A DNA stretch of 64,000 bases from an uncultured Clostridia bacterium (GTDB lineage: Bacteria > Bacillota > Clostridia > Christensenellales > UBA1242): positions 90,595 to 154,594 of the forward strand of contig CALWJY010000001.1 in the NCBI GenBank assembly GCA_944381135.1, given 5' to 3'. The notes beneath the pieces are model-generated. The model saw only the letters and a list, made by a program, of their open reading frames with translations, had not been told where the DNA came from and did not search any database. The position numbers were made by a program, and so were the translations under genes. Of this stretch, positions 28,267 through 36,753 are shown in pieces (position 1 is the stretch's first letter; each line of letters opens with the position of its first letter).

Positions 28267-28866
28267 ATGATTGCATTTTTGGTTGGAACAATTGAAGAAA
28301 AACGCGAAAACTCTCTCATTATGGATGTGAATGGGGTGGGATATGAACTCATCATCTCAAACAACACACTTGCTTCACTTCCAATGGAGGGCGAAACTGC
28401 CAAAGTTTTAACATATCTTCAAGTTGGCGAAAATGTCGGTGTTTGCCTCTATGGCTTTGCAACAGAGGAAGAAAAAGAACTTTTTATGAAACTCATCACT
28501 GTTTCAGGTGTGGGGCCAAAAAGCGCCATCACTGTGCTTTCTGGTATGAAAATTTCAGATCTGTTGGTTTCGATTGTCAGCGGAGACAGCAATGCTCTTT
28601 CAAAAATCAAAGGGCTTGGAAAGAAAAGTGCCGAGCGTATATGTTTGGAATTGAAAGACAAAGTGACATCTCACGGACTGCCTCTGCTTGATGCAATCAA
28701 CATGCCAGAAGACTACAACGAAAACGCTTTGAACGATGCTGTTGCCACTCTCATCAGTTTGGGAATCAACAAAAATGAGGCATACAGGCTGGCTCGTTCG
28801 AAAGCCACAGCAGAAACAACAGCAGAGGAAATCATCTTGAAAGTTCTGCGAGAACTTGGGAAGTGA
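28267..28866 (+). CDS. ruvA: Holliday junction branch migration protein RuvA
   Basis: MIAFLVGTI...VNGVGYEL..., HhH motif ITVSGVGPKSA. Confidence 0.9.
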   Translation: MIAFLVGTIEEKRENSLIMDVNGVGYELIISNNTLASLPMEGETAKVLTYLQVGENVGVCLYGFATEEEKELFMKLITVSGVGPKSAITVLSGMKISDLLVSIVSGDSNALSKIKGLGKKSAERICLELKDKVTSHGLPLLDAINMPEDYNENALNDAVATLISLGINKNEAYRLARSKATAETTAEEIILKVLRELGK

Positions 28867-28874
28867 GGGTTTGA

Positions 28875-28936
28875 CATAACAACAAGATGTTGTGGTGTTA
28901 TGCAGTCATTCATCTTGCATACCACACCAAATGTTG
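28875..28936. repeat. intergenic palindromic element, copy b
   Basis: acataacaacaagatgttgtggtgttatgcagtcattcatcttgcataccacaccaaatgttg. It contains two alternative pairings: CAAGATG/CATCTTG and GTGGTGTTATGCA/TGCATACCACAC. Confidence 0.6.
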
Positions 28937-29037
28937 AATAAAATCTAAACCAAATATGCAACCAATTCAATTTAAAAATTTTTGACAAAAAATAACGAAA
29001 CGTTTTTGTAGTTTATAAAAAATAAAAGGAAAAACTT

Positions 29038-30039
29038 ATGGAAGACAGATTCATCACAAGCAGTAAAAATTGGACTGATGCCGAAATTGAAAATTCCTTA
29101 AGACCAACTTCGCTTAAGGAATATGTGGGGCAGGACAAAGTTAAGGAAAGTTTGGAAATCTACATCAAGGCGGCGAAATCGCGCAAAGACGCTTTGGACC
29201 ATGTTTTGCTTTATGGACCTCCGGGCTTGGGAAAGACCACTCTTTCACACATCATTGCAAACGAACTTGGCTCTCAGTTTAAGGTGACATCCGGCCCTGC
29301 AATCGAGCACGCGGCTGACCTTGCTGCCATTTTGACAAATCTTGGCAAAAATGATGTGCTTTTCATTGATGAAATTCATCGTCTCAACAAAAGCGTGGAA
29401 GAAATTTTATATCCCGCCATGGAGGACTTTGCGCTTGATTTCATTGTAGGGAAAGGACCGTCTGCAAAAAATATGAGGCTCAAAATTCAGCCATTTACTT
29501 TGATTGGTGCAACAACAAAGCCGGGAATGCTGACAAGTCCACTTCGCGACCGCTTTGGCGTGATTTGTCGTTTGGAACTCTATCAAGACCACGAGTTGCA
29601 AGAAATCATAAATCGCTCGGCAAAGATTTTGAACATCAACATCAACGCGCAAGCCAGCCTCGACATTGCAAAACGCTCTCGTGGAACTCCTCGAATTGCC
29701 AACCGCTTGCTTAAGCGTGTGCGTGACTATGCCGAAGTTTTGGGCACAGGCGAAATCACAAAAGAAATCACCGACCAGGCACTTGCGAAAATGGAAATTG
29801 ACGAACTTGGACTTGACTTCATCGACCGCAAGATTTTGGAAAGCATAATTTATAAGTTCGGCGGAGGTCCTGTTGGTTTGGACACACTTTCTGCAACAAT
29901 CAGCGAAGACCCGGGCACAATTGAGGATGTGTATGAGCCATATCTTCTTCAACTTGGTTTCATTGCAAGGACTCCACGCGGGCGTATCGTGCTTGAGAAT
30001 GCCTATCGACACTTGGGAATTTCAATCCCTCAAAAATAA
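29038..30039 (+). CDS. ruvB: Holliday junction DNA helicase RuvB
   Basis: [12 protein letters not shown], Walker [16 protein letters not shown]. Confidence 0.95.
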   Translation: MEDRFITSSKNWTDAEIENSLRPTSLKEYVGQDKVKESLEIYIKAAKSRKDALDHVLLYGPPGLGKTTLSHIIANELGSQFKVTSGPAIEHAADLAAILTNLGKNDVLFIDEIHRLNKSVEEILYPAMEDFALDFIVGKGPSAKNMRLKIQPFTLIGATTKPGMLTSPLRDRFGVICRLELYQDHELQEIINRSAKILNININAQASLDIAKRSRGTPRIANRLLKRVRDYAEVLGTGEITKEITDQALAKMEIDELGLDFIDRKILESIIYKFGGGPVGLDTLSATISEDPGTIEDVYEPYLLQLGFIARTPRGRIVLENAYRHLGISIPQK

Positions 30040-30212
30040 ATCAGAAATTTAAAAAAGATAATTGAAAAATTAAAAATTAAAAAGTTTTATTTTTGAGAAT
30101 TCAACTACAAAAACGAAAACCATTCTTAAAATAAAGAATTTTAAAAAAATAAAAAATTTAAAATGAAGCGATTTATTTTTAATAGAAATACAAAAGGGAA
30201 CAATCTAATCAA

Positions 30213-31298
30213 ATGGAAAATGAAGAAACAAAAATCATAAACCAAAAACAACCTGCAAATCGAGAACTTCTTAGAAGCACATATTTCTATGATTTGCCTC
30301 AAGAGCAAATTGCGCAAACGCCAATTGAACCGCGAGACCATTCAAGGCTTTTATGCTTCAATCGCGCGTCAGGAGCAATTCAACATAAACATTTTTATGA
30401 CATCATTGATTTTCTTCGTGCGGGCGATGTTTTGGTTGTCAACAACACCAAAGTTTTGCCAGCAAGATTGTTTGGTTTTAAAGCAAAAACCGGCGCAAAA
30501 ATTGAAATCTTGTTGCAAAAACGCATTGATTTGCATAATTGGGAGGTCATTGCAAAGCCAGCAAAAAGATTGGACGATGGCACTGAAATTGTTTTCAATC
30601 AAAACATACATTGTCGTGTGACAGAAAAAGGCGACTATGGTGCTTGCAAAGTTGAATTTGTCTATGACGACTCCAAAACTTTTGAAGAACATCTCATGGA
30701 AATTGGCACTGTGCCACTGCCACCATACATCAAAGAAAAACTGAAAAATGCCGACCGCTATCAAACCGTGTATGCCAAAGTGGAAGGGTCGAGTGCCGCA
30801 CCAACTGCCGGCTTGCATTTCACGCCAGAACTTCTTGAAAAAATAAGAAATAAGGGCGTTGAAATTTTGGAAGTTTTGTTGCATGTTGGGCTTGGAACTT
30901 TCCGTCCTGTCAAAGAGGAAAACATCCTAAATCACGAAATGCACAGCGAATATTTCGAAATCACGCAAGATGTTGCAGACAAAATCAACAAGGCAAAACG
31001 CGAACATAGGCGGGTGATTGCTGTTGGCACAACTTCAGTGCGCGTGCTGGAAAGTGGAGTGGATGAGAATGTACTTCTTGTTCCACAAAAACGCGAAACC
31101 AAAATTTTCATCTATCCGCCATATAATTTCAAAATGGTGGACGCACTCATCACCAATTTTCATCTTCCAGAAAGCACACTCATCATGCTTGTTTCGGCAT
31201 TCATAGGCGACATAGACAAAACTTTGGACTTATATAAAACTGCCGTAAAAGAAAAATACCGCTTTTTCAGTTTTGGCGATGCAATGTTTATTGAATGA
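30213..31298 (+). CDS. queA: S-adenosylmethionine:tRNA ribosyltransferase-isomerase
   Basis: YDLPQEQIAQTPIEPRDHSRLL...GTTSVRVLES...FFSFGDAMFI. Confidence 0.95.
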   Translation: MENEETKIINQKQPANRELLRSTYFYDLPQEQIAQTPIEPRDHSRLLCFNRASGAIQHKHFYDIIDFLRAGDVLVVNNTKVLPARLFGFKAKTGAKIEILLQKRIDLHNWEVIAKPAKRLDDGTEIVFNQNIHCRVTEKGDYGACKVEFVYDDSKTFEEHLMEIGTVPLPPYIKEKLKNADRYQTVYAKVEGSSAAPTAGLHFTPELLEKIRNKGVEILEVLLHVGLGTFRPVKEENILNHEMHSEYFEITQDVADKINKAKREHRRVIAVGTTSVRVLESGVDENVLLVPQKRETKIFIYPPYNFKMVDALITNFHLPESTLIMLVSAFIGDIDKTLDLYKTAVKEKYRFFSFGDAMFIE

Positions 31299-31410
31299 AA
31301 TCAGTGCATTAAATGAATTTTTTAAATTATTTTATATCATCGGAAGCTGAACTTACTTGCAAGAGTGAGGCTGATGGTCATACATACTATAATGAAAAAG
31401 GAAAAATTTT

Positions 31411-32529
31411 ATGCAAGAAGTGAATTTTAGTTTTGAAATTGAAAAGGTCTGTCCAAAAACAGGAGCAAGAGCGGGCATATTTCACACGCCACACGGGGAC
31501 ATCAAAACGCCGGTTTTTATGCCGGTTGGAACGCAAGCAACTGTCAAAGGGCTCCGTCCAGAAGATTTGAACGAAATGGGTGCACAAATCATTTTGTCAA
31601 ACACCTATCATCTTTTTTTGCGTCCTGGCGAGGACATTGTTGAAAAAGCGGGCGGGCTTCACAAATTTATGAATTGGGAAAAACCAATCTTGACGGACAG
31701 CGGTGGATTTCAAGTGTTTTCTCTGTCAGATTTGAGGAAAGTTTCAGAGGCGGGCGTGGAATTTCGTTCACATTTGAGTGGTGAAAAGTTTATGATGACG
31801 CCAAAACTTTGCATGGACATTCAACGCGCGTTGGACAGCGACATAAACATGGCTCTTGACCAATGCACAGAGGCGGGTGCAACATATGCTGAAGCCGAAA
31901 GCGCAATGAAACTGACAAAGATTTGGCTTGAAAAGTGCTTCGAGGCCCACCAAGGTGGCGACCATGTGCTTTTTCCAATTGTGCAGGGGAATATGTTTAA
32001 AGATTTGCGCGCAAAGTGTGTGGAATATTGCACTCCATATGCCAAATGTGGAATTGCGATTGGTGGACTTTCTGTTGGCGAAGAAAAGAGCGTGATGTAT
32101 GATATGCTTGACTTTCTCAATCCAATTTTGCCAGCAAATATGCCTCGCTATCTCATGGGCGTGGGCAGTCCAGATTGTTTGATTGAGGGGTCTGCACGCG
32201 GAATTGACATGATGGATTGCGTGCTTCCAACACGAATTGCACGAAATGGAACAGCATTTTCCAGCTCGGGCAAAATGGTCATCAAAAATTCAACTTTCAA
32301 AGAAGATTTCCGACCAATTGAAGAGGGGTGTGATTGCTATGCATGCCGTCATTTTTCACGCGCATACATCAGACATCTCATCAATGCAGATGAAATGCTT
32401 GGTGCGGAACTTCTGTCAATCCACAATCTGCGCTTCTTGATTCGCCTTGCCGAAAACACAAGAAAAGCAATCATGGGGGACTATTTCCCAGAATTCAAAG
32501 AAGAATTTCTGAGTAAATATAAAATTTGA
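31411..32529 (+). CDS. tgt: queuine tRNA-ribosyltransferase
   Basis: ARAGIFHTPHGDIKTPVFMPVGT, LTDSGGFQV, Zn site CDCYACRHFSRAYIRHL. Confidence 0.95.
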   Translation: MQEVNFSFEIEKVCPKTGARAGIFHTPHGDIKTPVFMPVGTQATVKGLRPEDLNEMGAQIILSNTYHLFLRPGEDIVEKAGGLHKFMNWEKPILTDSGGFQVFSLSDLRKVSEAGVEFRSHLSGEKFMMTPKLCMDIQRALDSDINMALDQCTEAGATYAEAESAMKLTKIWLEKCFEAHQGGDHVLFPIVQGNMFKDLRAKCVEYCTPYAKCGIAIGGLSVGEEKSVMYDMLDFLNPILPANMPRYLMGVGSPDCLIEGSARGIDMMDCVLPTRIARNGTAFSSSGKMVIKNSTFKEDFRPIEEGCDCYACRHFSRAYIRHLINADEMLGAELLSIHNLRFLIRLAENTRKAIMGDYFPEFKEEFLSKYKI

Positions 32530-32614
32530 TTAGTTCCAATATAATAAACCTCATGCGAAATCATGGCAAAGTTTAAGAAAAATAAATTAAAAAAACAAGA
32601 CAATTGGAGAAAAA

Positions 32615-33208
32615 ATGAAAATAAATTATGAAGTCTTATTTCAAGTCGCAACCAATCGAAACTTCAAGGTAGGGGACAAAATACACTTTGGAAATGAATT
32701 TAATGGTCAAATGAAAATTTTTAATTTCACTTTCAATAAAGACGGAAAACCACTTCACGAACTTGGGCTGAAATCATCAAAACAGGGAATTATTAAGGAT
32801 AAAAAACTGCTTTTTGAAATGTCAGTTGCGTTACAAAATTATGATTTGTTTATGCGTGAAATTGCATTGGAAGAAGTCAGAAAAGAAAAATTCCCCAATT
32901 TTCCATCAAGATTTAAATGCATGTATCTTTCCGACAACAAGGATATAGTCATAAAAAATTTAAACATAATGCACTATAAATTTCCAGAAAATCAATATCA
33001 AGCAATTTCTGTGAAATTAAATGGAGAAATTTTTTATGCAAAAGATTTTGGCATTGGCAGATATGGATTATCATTCAACGAATATAAAATCCTTGCTGAA
33101 AAATATTGGTCACAGAATCAAAATTCAAATTCTCCAACAAAAGAAATTCTTTTTGTGGGGGATGCAGAGATTGTTGAAGTCTTCAAAGATACAAAAATCA
33201 AAACATAG
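32615..33208 (+). CDS. hypothetical protein (orphan, last plus-strand gene before the orientation switch)
   Basis: 197-aa ORF with GGAG RBS. No family recognised with confidence. Confidence 0.55.
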   Translation: MKINYEVLFQVATNRNFKVGDKIHFGNEFNGQMKIFNFTFNKDGKPLHELGLKSSKQGIIKDKKLLFEMSVALQNYDLFMREIALEEVRKEKFPNFPSRFKCMYLSDNKDIVIKNLNIMHYKFPENQYQAISVKLNGEIFYAKDFGIGRYGLSFNEYKILAEKYWSQNQNSNSPTKEILFVGDAEIVEVFKDTKIKT

Positions 33209-33282
33209 GATAAGCATGTCAAACAAAATTGCACTAAAATTTGTTGGGCGAGCGCAAATTTTTGCGATATATTATAATCCAA

Positions 33283-33316
33283 ATCTATTCGCAAAAGACA
33301 GGTTTTGCGAATAGAT
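33283..33316. other. perfect 14-bp hairpin / inverted repeat
   Basis: ATCTATTCGCAAAA-gacagg-TTTTGCGAATAGAT. TTTTGCG(A/T)/TCGCAAAA recurs four times in 33252-33332. Confidence 0.7.
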
Positions 33317-33330
33317 AGTGGATATTTTGC

Positions 33331-33407
33331 GTATTATGCAACAATTTCACACAAGATGTGGTATTATGCAAACTTTATCTTGATTTTGCCTTTTTAAGTA
33401 TTATGCA
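33331..33407 (+). repeat. three direct half-copies (GTATTATGCA) of the palindromic-element core
   Basis: gtattatgca at 33331-33340, 33361-33370 and 33398-33407. The middle copy is embedded in CAAGAT...ATCTTG, as in copy b. Confidence 0.65.
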
Positions 33408-33633
33408 TGCTTAATCTTATTCAACTTTTATAAAAATTCTTTTTCTTATCCAATGGTTTCTATAAAATTGTTTTATAATTTTTCTTATCTTTTTATATCC
33501 TTCTTTTTACATGATGATATAATATGTTTTTTAATTTTTTATTTTTAACAATTTTATAAAGTTCAACAATTTATAAGAAAACAACTTTACTCATACATAT
33601 AGAAAACAATAATTGTGTTATAAAAACAAATAT

Positions 33634-33666
33634 ATAAAAAAAGAAGTGGTTTTGATTGTCACTTCT
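33634..33666 (-). terminator. intrinsic terminator after nifU
   Basis: Minus strand: AGAAGTG-N11-CACTTCT followed by TTTTTT. Confidence 0.75.
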
Positions 33667-33688
33667 TCTTTTAATGTTTTTTTAATTT

Positions 33689-34117
33689 TTACATGTTTGA
33701 GTCATCAACTTCAACTTTTTTGTTTGCTTTTTTGATGCTCTTCTCTTTTCGTTTATAATAGTCCTCAATTGCCGCTCTGATTGATTCTTCAGCCAAAATT
33801 GAACAATGAATTTTGTGTGGTGGAAGTTCACCCAAAAGGTCAAGAATGTTTTTGTTTGTCACTTTCAACGCTTCATCTATTGTTTTGCCTTTAATCAAAT
33901 CGCAAGCCATATCTGTTGAAGCGATTGCTGCGCAACATCCGAAAGTCTTAAATTTTGCGTTTTCAATGACCCCATTATCAGAAATTTTCAAATACATCTT
34001 CATAATGTCGCCACATGCAACATTTCCAACTTGTCCAATCGCATTTGCACCATGCATTCCGCCAGCATTGCGAGGATTTTGAAATCTGTCAATCACTGTT
34101 TTGCTATACATAATCAC
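33689..34117 (-). CDS. nifU: Fe-S cluster scaffold protein NifU/IscU
   Basis: YSKTVIDRFQNPRN..GNVACGDIMKMY...FKTFGCCAAIAS...HCS gives the three conserved Cys. Confidence 0.9.
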   Translation of the reverse strand: MIMYSKTVIDRFQNPRNAGGMHGANAIGQVGNVACGDIMKMYLKISDNGVIENAKFKTFGCCAAIASTDMACDLIKGKTIDEALKVTNKNILDLLGELPPHKIHCSILAEESIRAAIEDYYKRKEKSIKKANKKVEVDDSNM

Positions 34118-35289
34118 AACCTCCCTGCTTGAATTGGTGAAATTGCTCTGAGTTTTGCAACAACTTTCGCAATTTCGTCAACAACATAGTCAACATCAGA
34201 TTTTGATATGTTTGTTCCAAATGAAAATCTGACAGACCCCTGTGCAATTTCATCTGAAATTCCCATAGCCTTCAAAACATGAGATGGAAGCAATGATTTT
34301 GATGTGCATGCTGATGAAGTTGAAACTGCAATTCCTGCCAAATCCAGCAACATCATGATGGATTCACCTTCAATTCCGTAGAATGAAATGTTGAGAATTG
34401 CATTCGATTTTTGGTGTGGATGTCCATTCACTTGGAAATATTCCACTTTTTCTTTAAGTTTTTCAAGGAAATATTCGCGTATGGTTTTGATTTTTCTGTT
34501 GTTTATAATGTGGTTTCGGCATGCAATTTCAATTGCTTTTCCAAACCCTGCAATGCCTGGAACATTTTCTGTCCCTGAACGCTTTCCACGTTCTTGATTT
34601 TCGCCACCGAATGTGATTGGGTCAATTCTGACGCCATTTTTTACATAAAGCGCACCAACGCCCTTAGGCCCATGAATTTTGTGTGCAGACATGGAAAGCA
34701 AATCAATTTCCATGTCTTGAACATCAATGTTTATGCTTCCAATTGCTTGAACAGCGTCTGTGTGGAAAAGGATTCCATAGTCGTGTGCAATTTTTGCAAT
34801 TGCTTTAATGTTTTGAATTGTGCCAACTTCATTGTTGACAGCCATAATTGAAATGAGAGTTGTATCTTTTCTGATTTCATGTAAAAGGTCTGGCAATTTC
34901 ACAAGTCCATATTCGTCCACAGACAAATATGTCACTTCAAACCCCTCTTTTTCAAGTTGAGCACAAGCGTTTAAAACTGCATGATGTTCAATTTGGCTTG
35001 TGATGATGTGTTTTCCTCTGTTCGCATTTGCATGAGCCACACCCAAAATTGCCCAATTGTCCGCTTCTGTTCCGCCACTTGTAAAATAGATTTCATTGGC
35101 TTTTTGTGCATTGATTGCTTCTTTAACTCTGTCGCGTGCACGGTCCACAATTGCCATTGCATCGCGTCCAAAACTATGTATTGAACCAGCATTTCCATAG
35201 ATTGTGTTGAAACATGGAAGCATTTCTGTCAAAACATCGTTTGAGACATAAGTTGTTGAAGCATTGTCCAAATAGATTCTTCTTTCCAT
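34114..35289 (-). CDS. nifS: cysteine desulfurase NifS
   Basis: IYLDNASTT, PLP-lysine region LSMSAHKIHGPKG, active-site loop SSACTS. Confidence 0.9.
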   Translation of the reverse strand: MERRIYLDNASTTYVSNDVLTEMLPCFNTIYGNAGSIHSFGRDAMAIVDRARDRVKEAINAQKANEIYFTSGGTEADNWAILGVAHANANRGKHIITSQIEHHAVLNACAQLEKEGFEVTYLSVDEYGLVKLPDLLHEIRKDTTLISIMAVNNEVGTIQNIKAIAKIAHDYGILFHTDAVQAIGSINIDVQDMEIDLLSMSAHKIHGPKGVGALYVKNGVRIDPITFGGENQERGKRSGTENVPGIAGFGKAIEIACRNHIINNRKIKTIREYFLEKLKEKVEYFQVNGHPHQKSNAILNISFYGIEGESIMMLLDLAGIAVSTSSACTSKSLLPSHVLKAMGISDEIAQGSVRFSFGTNISKSDVDYVVDEIAKVVAKLRAISPIQAGRL

Positions 35290-35353
35290 ACTTATTTCTT
35301 CAACTTCCTTTTAACAATTTGCATTGAAACTTGCAAAATTGAATCTTACCTTA

Positions 35354-35382
35354 ATTTTAACACCAAAATCAAGATATGTCAA
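35354..35382 (-). promoter_or_regulatory. sigmaA promoter of nifS-nifU
   Basis: Minus strand: TTGACA, 17-nt spacer, TGtTAAAAT. Confidence 0.6.
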
Positions 35383-35582
35383 TACTAATTTGCTTATTTT
35401 TCACCAAAAAATTAATCAAAATTGATTATTTTGAATGCCTTGAATTAATGGAATATAACATAAAAGCATTTATTTGCCCACAAACCATCATAAATATAAA
35501 TCTTAATGAGTGCAAACGAGATAAATTTAAATCAAACAATTCAAACAGATTGAATTTATTGAAATTATTAAATTTATTGAAA

Positions 35583-35891
35583 TTAAAGATATTTCTTCAC
35601 AGTTTCAACCAAATCGTCTTGCATCCAAAGCCCAATGTGCTTTTCTTTCTGCTGCCCATTCACAAACAAAATGAGTGTTGGGATGCTCATGATGCCAAAG
35701 CTACGCGCAAGTTTTTCTTCTTGGTCAACATCAACTTTATAAATTTTGACATCTTCTCCAAATTCCTCTTGTGCGTTTTCCAAAATTGGACTCATCATTC
35801 TGCAAGGCCCACACCATGTGGCAAAAAAGTCAATCAGAACAACCCCTTTCTTGATTTTTTCGTTAAATTCTTTCTCGTTGATTATCTCCAT
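35583..35891 (-). CDS. trxA: thioredoxin
   Basis: Active site FFATWCGPCRM, 102 aa. Confidence 0.9.
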   Translation of the reverse strand: MEIINEKEFNEKIKKGVVLIDFFATWCGPCRMMSPILENAQEEFGEDVKIYKVDVDQEEKLARSFGIMSIPTLILFVNGQQKEKHIGLWMQDDLVETVKKYL

Positions 35892-35925
35892 TTTTCTCTC
35901 CTTTTTAAAGACATAACTTATTTTT

Positions 35926-36624
35926 TTAGGTTTTCATTTCAGAATGTTTTAAAAGCCTTTGTATGACAAACCCCGCAAGCACACACCCACACATTGCAGG
36001 AAAATATGAAATGCTTCCAACTGTGTTTGAATCGGTTTGCATTGGAGTTTGTGTTGTTGTCACCACATCCAGATTTTTAATGCTTCGATTCCTAAGATTT
36101 TTTCGCATAACCTTTGCCAAACCGTCATTTGAAGTTTTGTATATGTCCACAACTTTAAATTCTGGAATTTCAATGCGGTTTCCAGAACCCATGGCTGAAA
36201 CAATTGGAATGATGTTTTCTTTGCAATGACAAATCAGTTCCACCTTGTCTTTCACACTGTCAATTGCGTCAACAACATAATCACAATTTTTCAGATTGAT
36301 TTTTCCATTTTGCAAATTCTCCGCAGTCAACCTCAAATTCAAAACCTCAACCTTGCAATTTGGATTGATTTTTGAAATCATTTCTGCCATAACTTCAGTT
36401 TTGAATTTGCCCACTGTTTGCGTGTCAGCCACGATTTGTCGGTTTGTGTTGGTTTCGTCCACAACATCAAAATCGACAATTGTGAAATGTCCAATGCCAG
36501 CGCGCGCAAGCAAACTGCAAGCATATCCTCCAACACCACCCAAACCAATCACAGCCACATGACTATTTTGCAGTTTCTTAAGTCCATCTTCACCAATCAA
36601 AAGTTGTGTTCTGTCTGTCCACAT
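35926..36624 (-). CDS. tcdA: ThiF/HesA-family tRNA threonylcarbamoyladenosine dehydratase (TcdA-like)
   Basis: VAVIGLGGVGGYA, ETNTNRQI. ATG (MWTDRTQLL) at 36624 follows AGAGGAGAA. The ORF-track TTG start at 36681 is unlikely. Confidence 0.75.
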   Translation of the reverse strand: MWTDRTQLLIGEDGLKKLQNSHVAVIGLGGVGGYACSLLARAGIGHFTIVDFDVVDETNTNRQIVADTQTVGKFKTEVMAEMISKINPNCKVEVLNLRLTAENLQNGKINLKNCDYVVDAIDSVKDKVELICHCKENIIPIVSAMGSGNRIEIPEFKVVDIYKTSNDGLAKVMRKNLRNRSIKNLDVVTTTQTPMQTDSNTVGSISYFPAMCGCVLAGFVIQRLLKHSEMKT

Positions 36625-36682
36625 TTTCCAATTCTCCTCTTTTTGTTCGCCCTGTGCAAGATGATTAACTATTATATACAAT

Positions 36683-36736
36683 CAACATATTGTGGTGTTA
36701 TGCAAATTTTTTCTTGCATAACACATCAATATATTG
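36683..36736. repeat. intergenic palindromic element, copy d (best-formed)
   Basis: caacatattgtggtgttatgcaa-attttttc-ttgcataacacatcaatatattg. Perfect 11-bp inner stem GTGTTATGCAA/TTGCATAACAC. Confidence 0.7.
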
Positions 36737-36753
36737 AATTTATGACACTTTGA

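Noticed and set aside
31336-31378. GC-richer imperfect hairpin between queA and tgt, checked as a possible preQ1 riboswitch.
   Set aside because: It lacks the preQ1-I/II consensus features I know (a short hairpin followed by an A-rich tail with CUA/ACUA). tgt is not a usual preQ1-riboswitch target. It is probably just an inter-cistronic stem.
33210-33690. A canonical 28-bp dif site (Firmicute ACTTCCTAGAATATATATTATGTAAACT-like) at the orientation switch, and a difSL-like site flanking the xer gene (52975-53077, 54119-54250).
   Set aside because: Only half-site resemblances were found: TTATGCAAACT at 33364, TTTACATGA at about 33506, TTTACATTATAG at about 54220 and TTCAAGAA at about 53045. No full two-arm site matches, so none is annotated as dif.
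35376-35966. 196-aa plus-strand ORF spanning the nifS-trxA spacer and all of trxA.
   Set aside because: It overlaps thioredoxin (WCGPC) on the other strand, has no RBS, and its sequence is dominated by F/L/K/N runs from AT-rich DNA.
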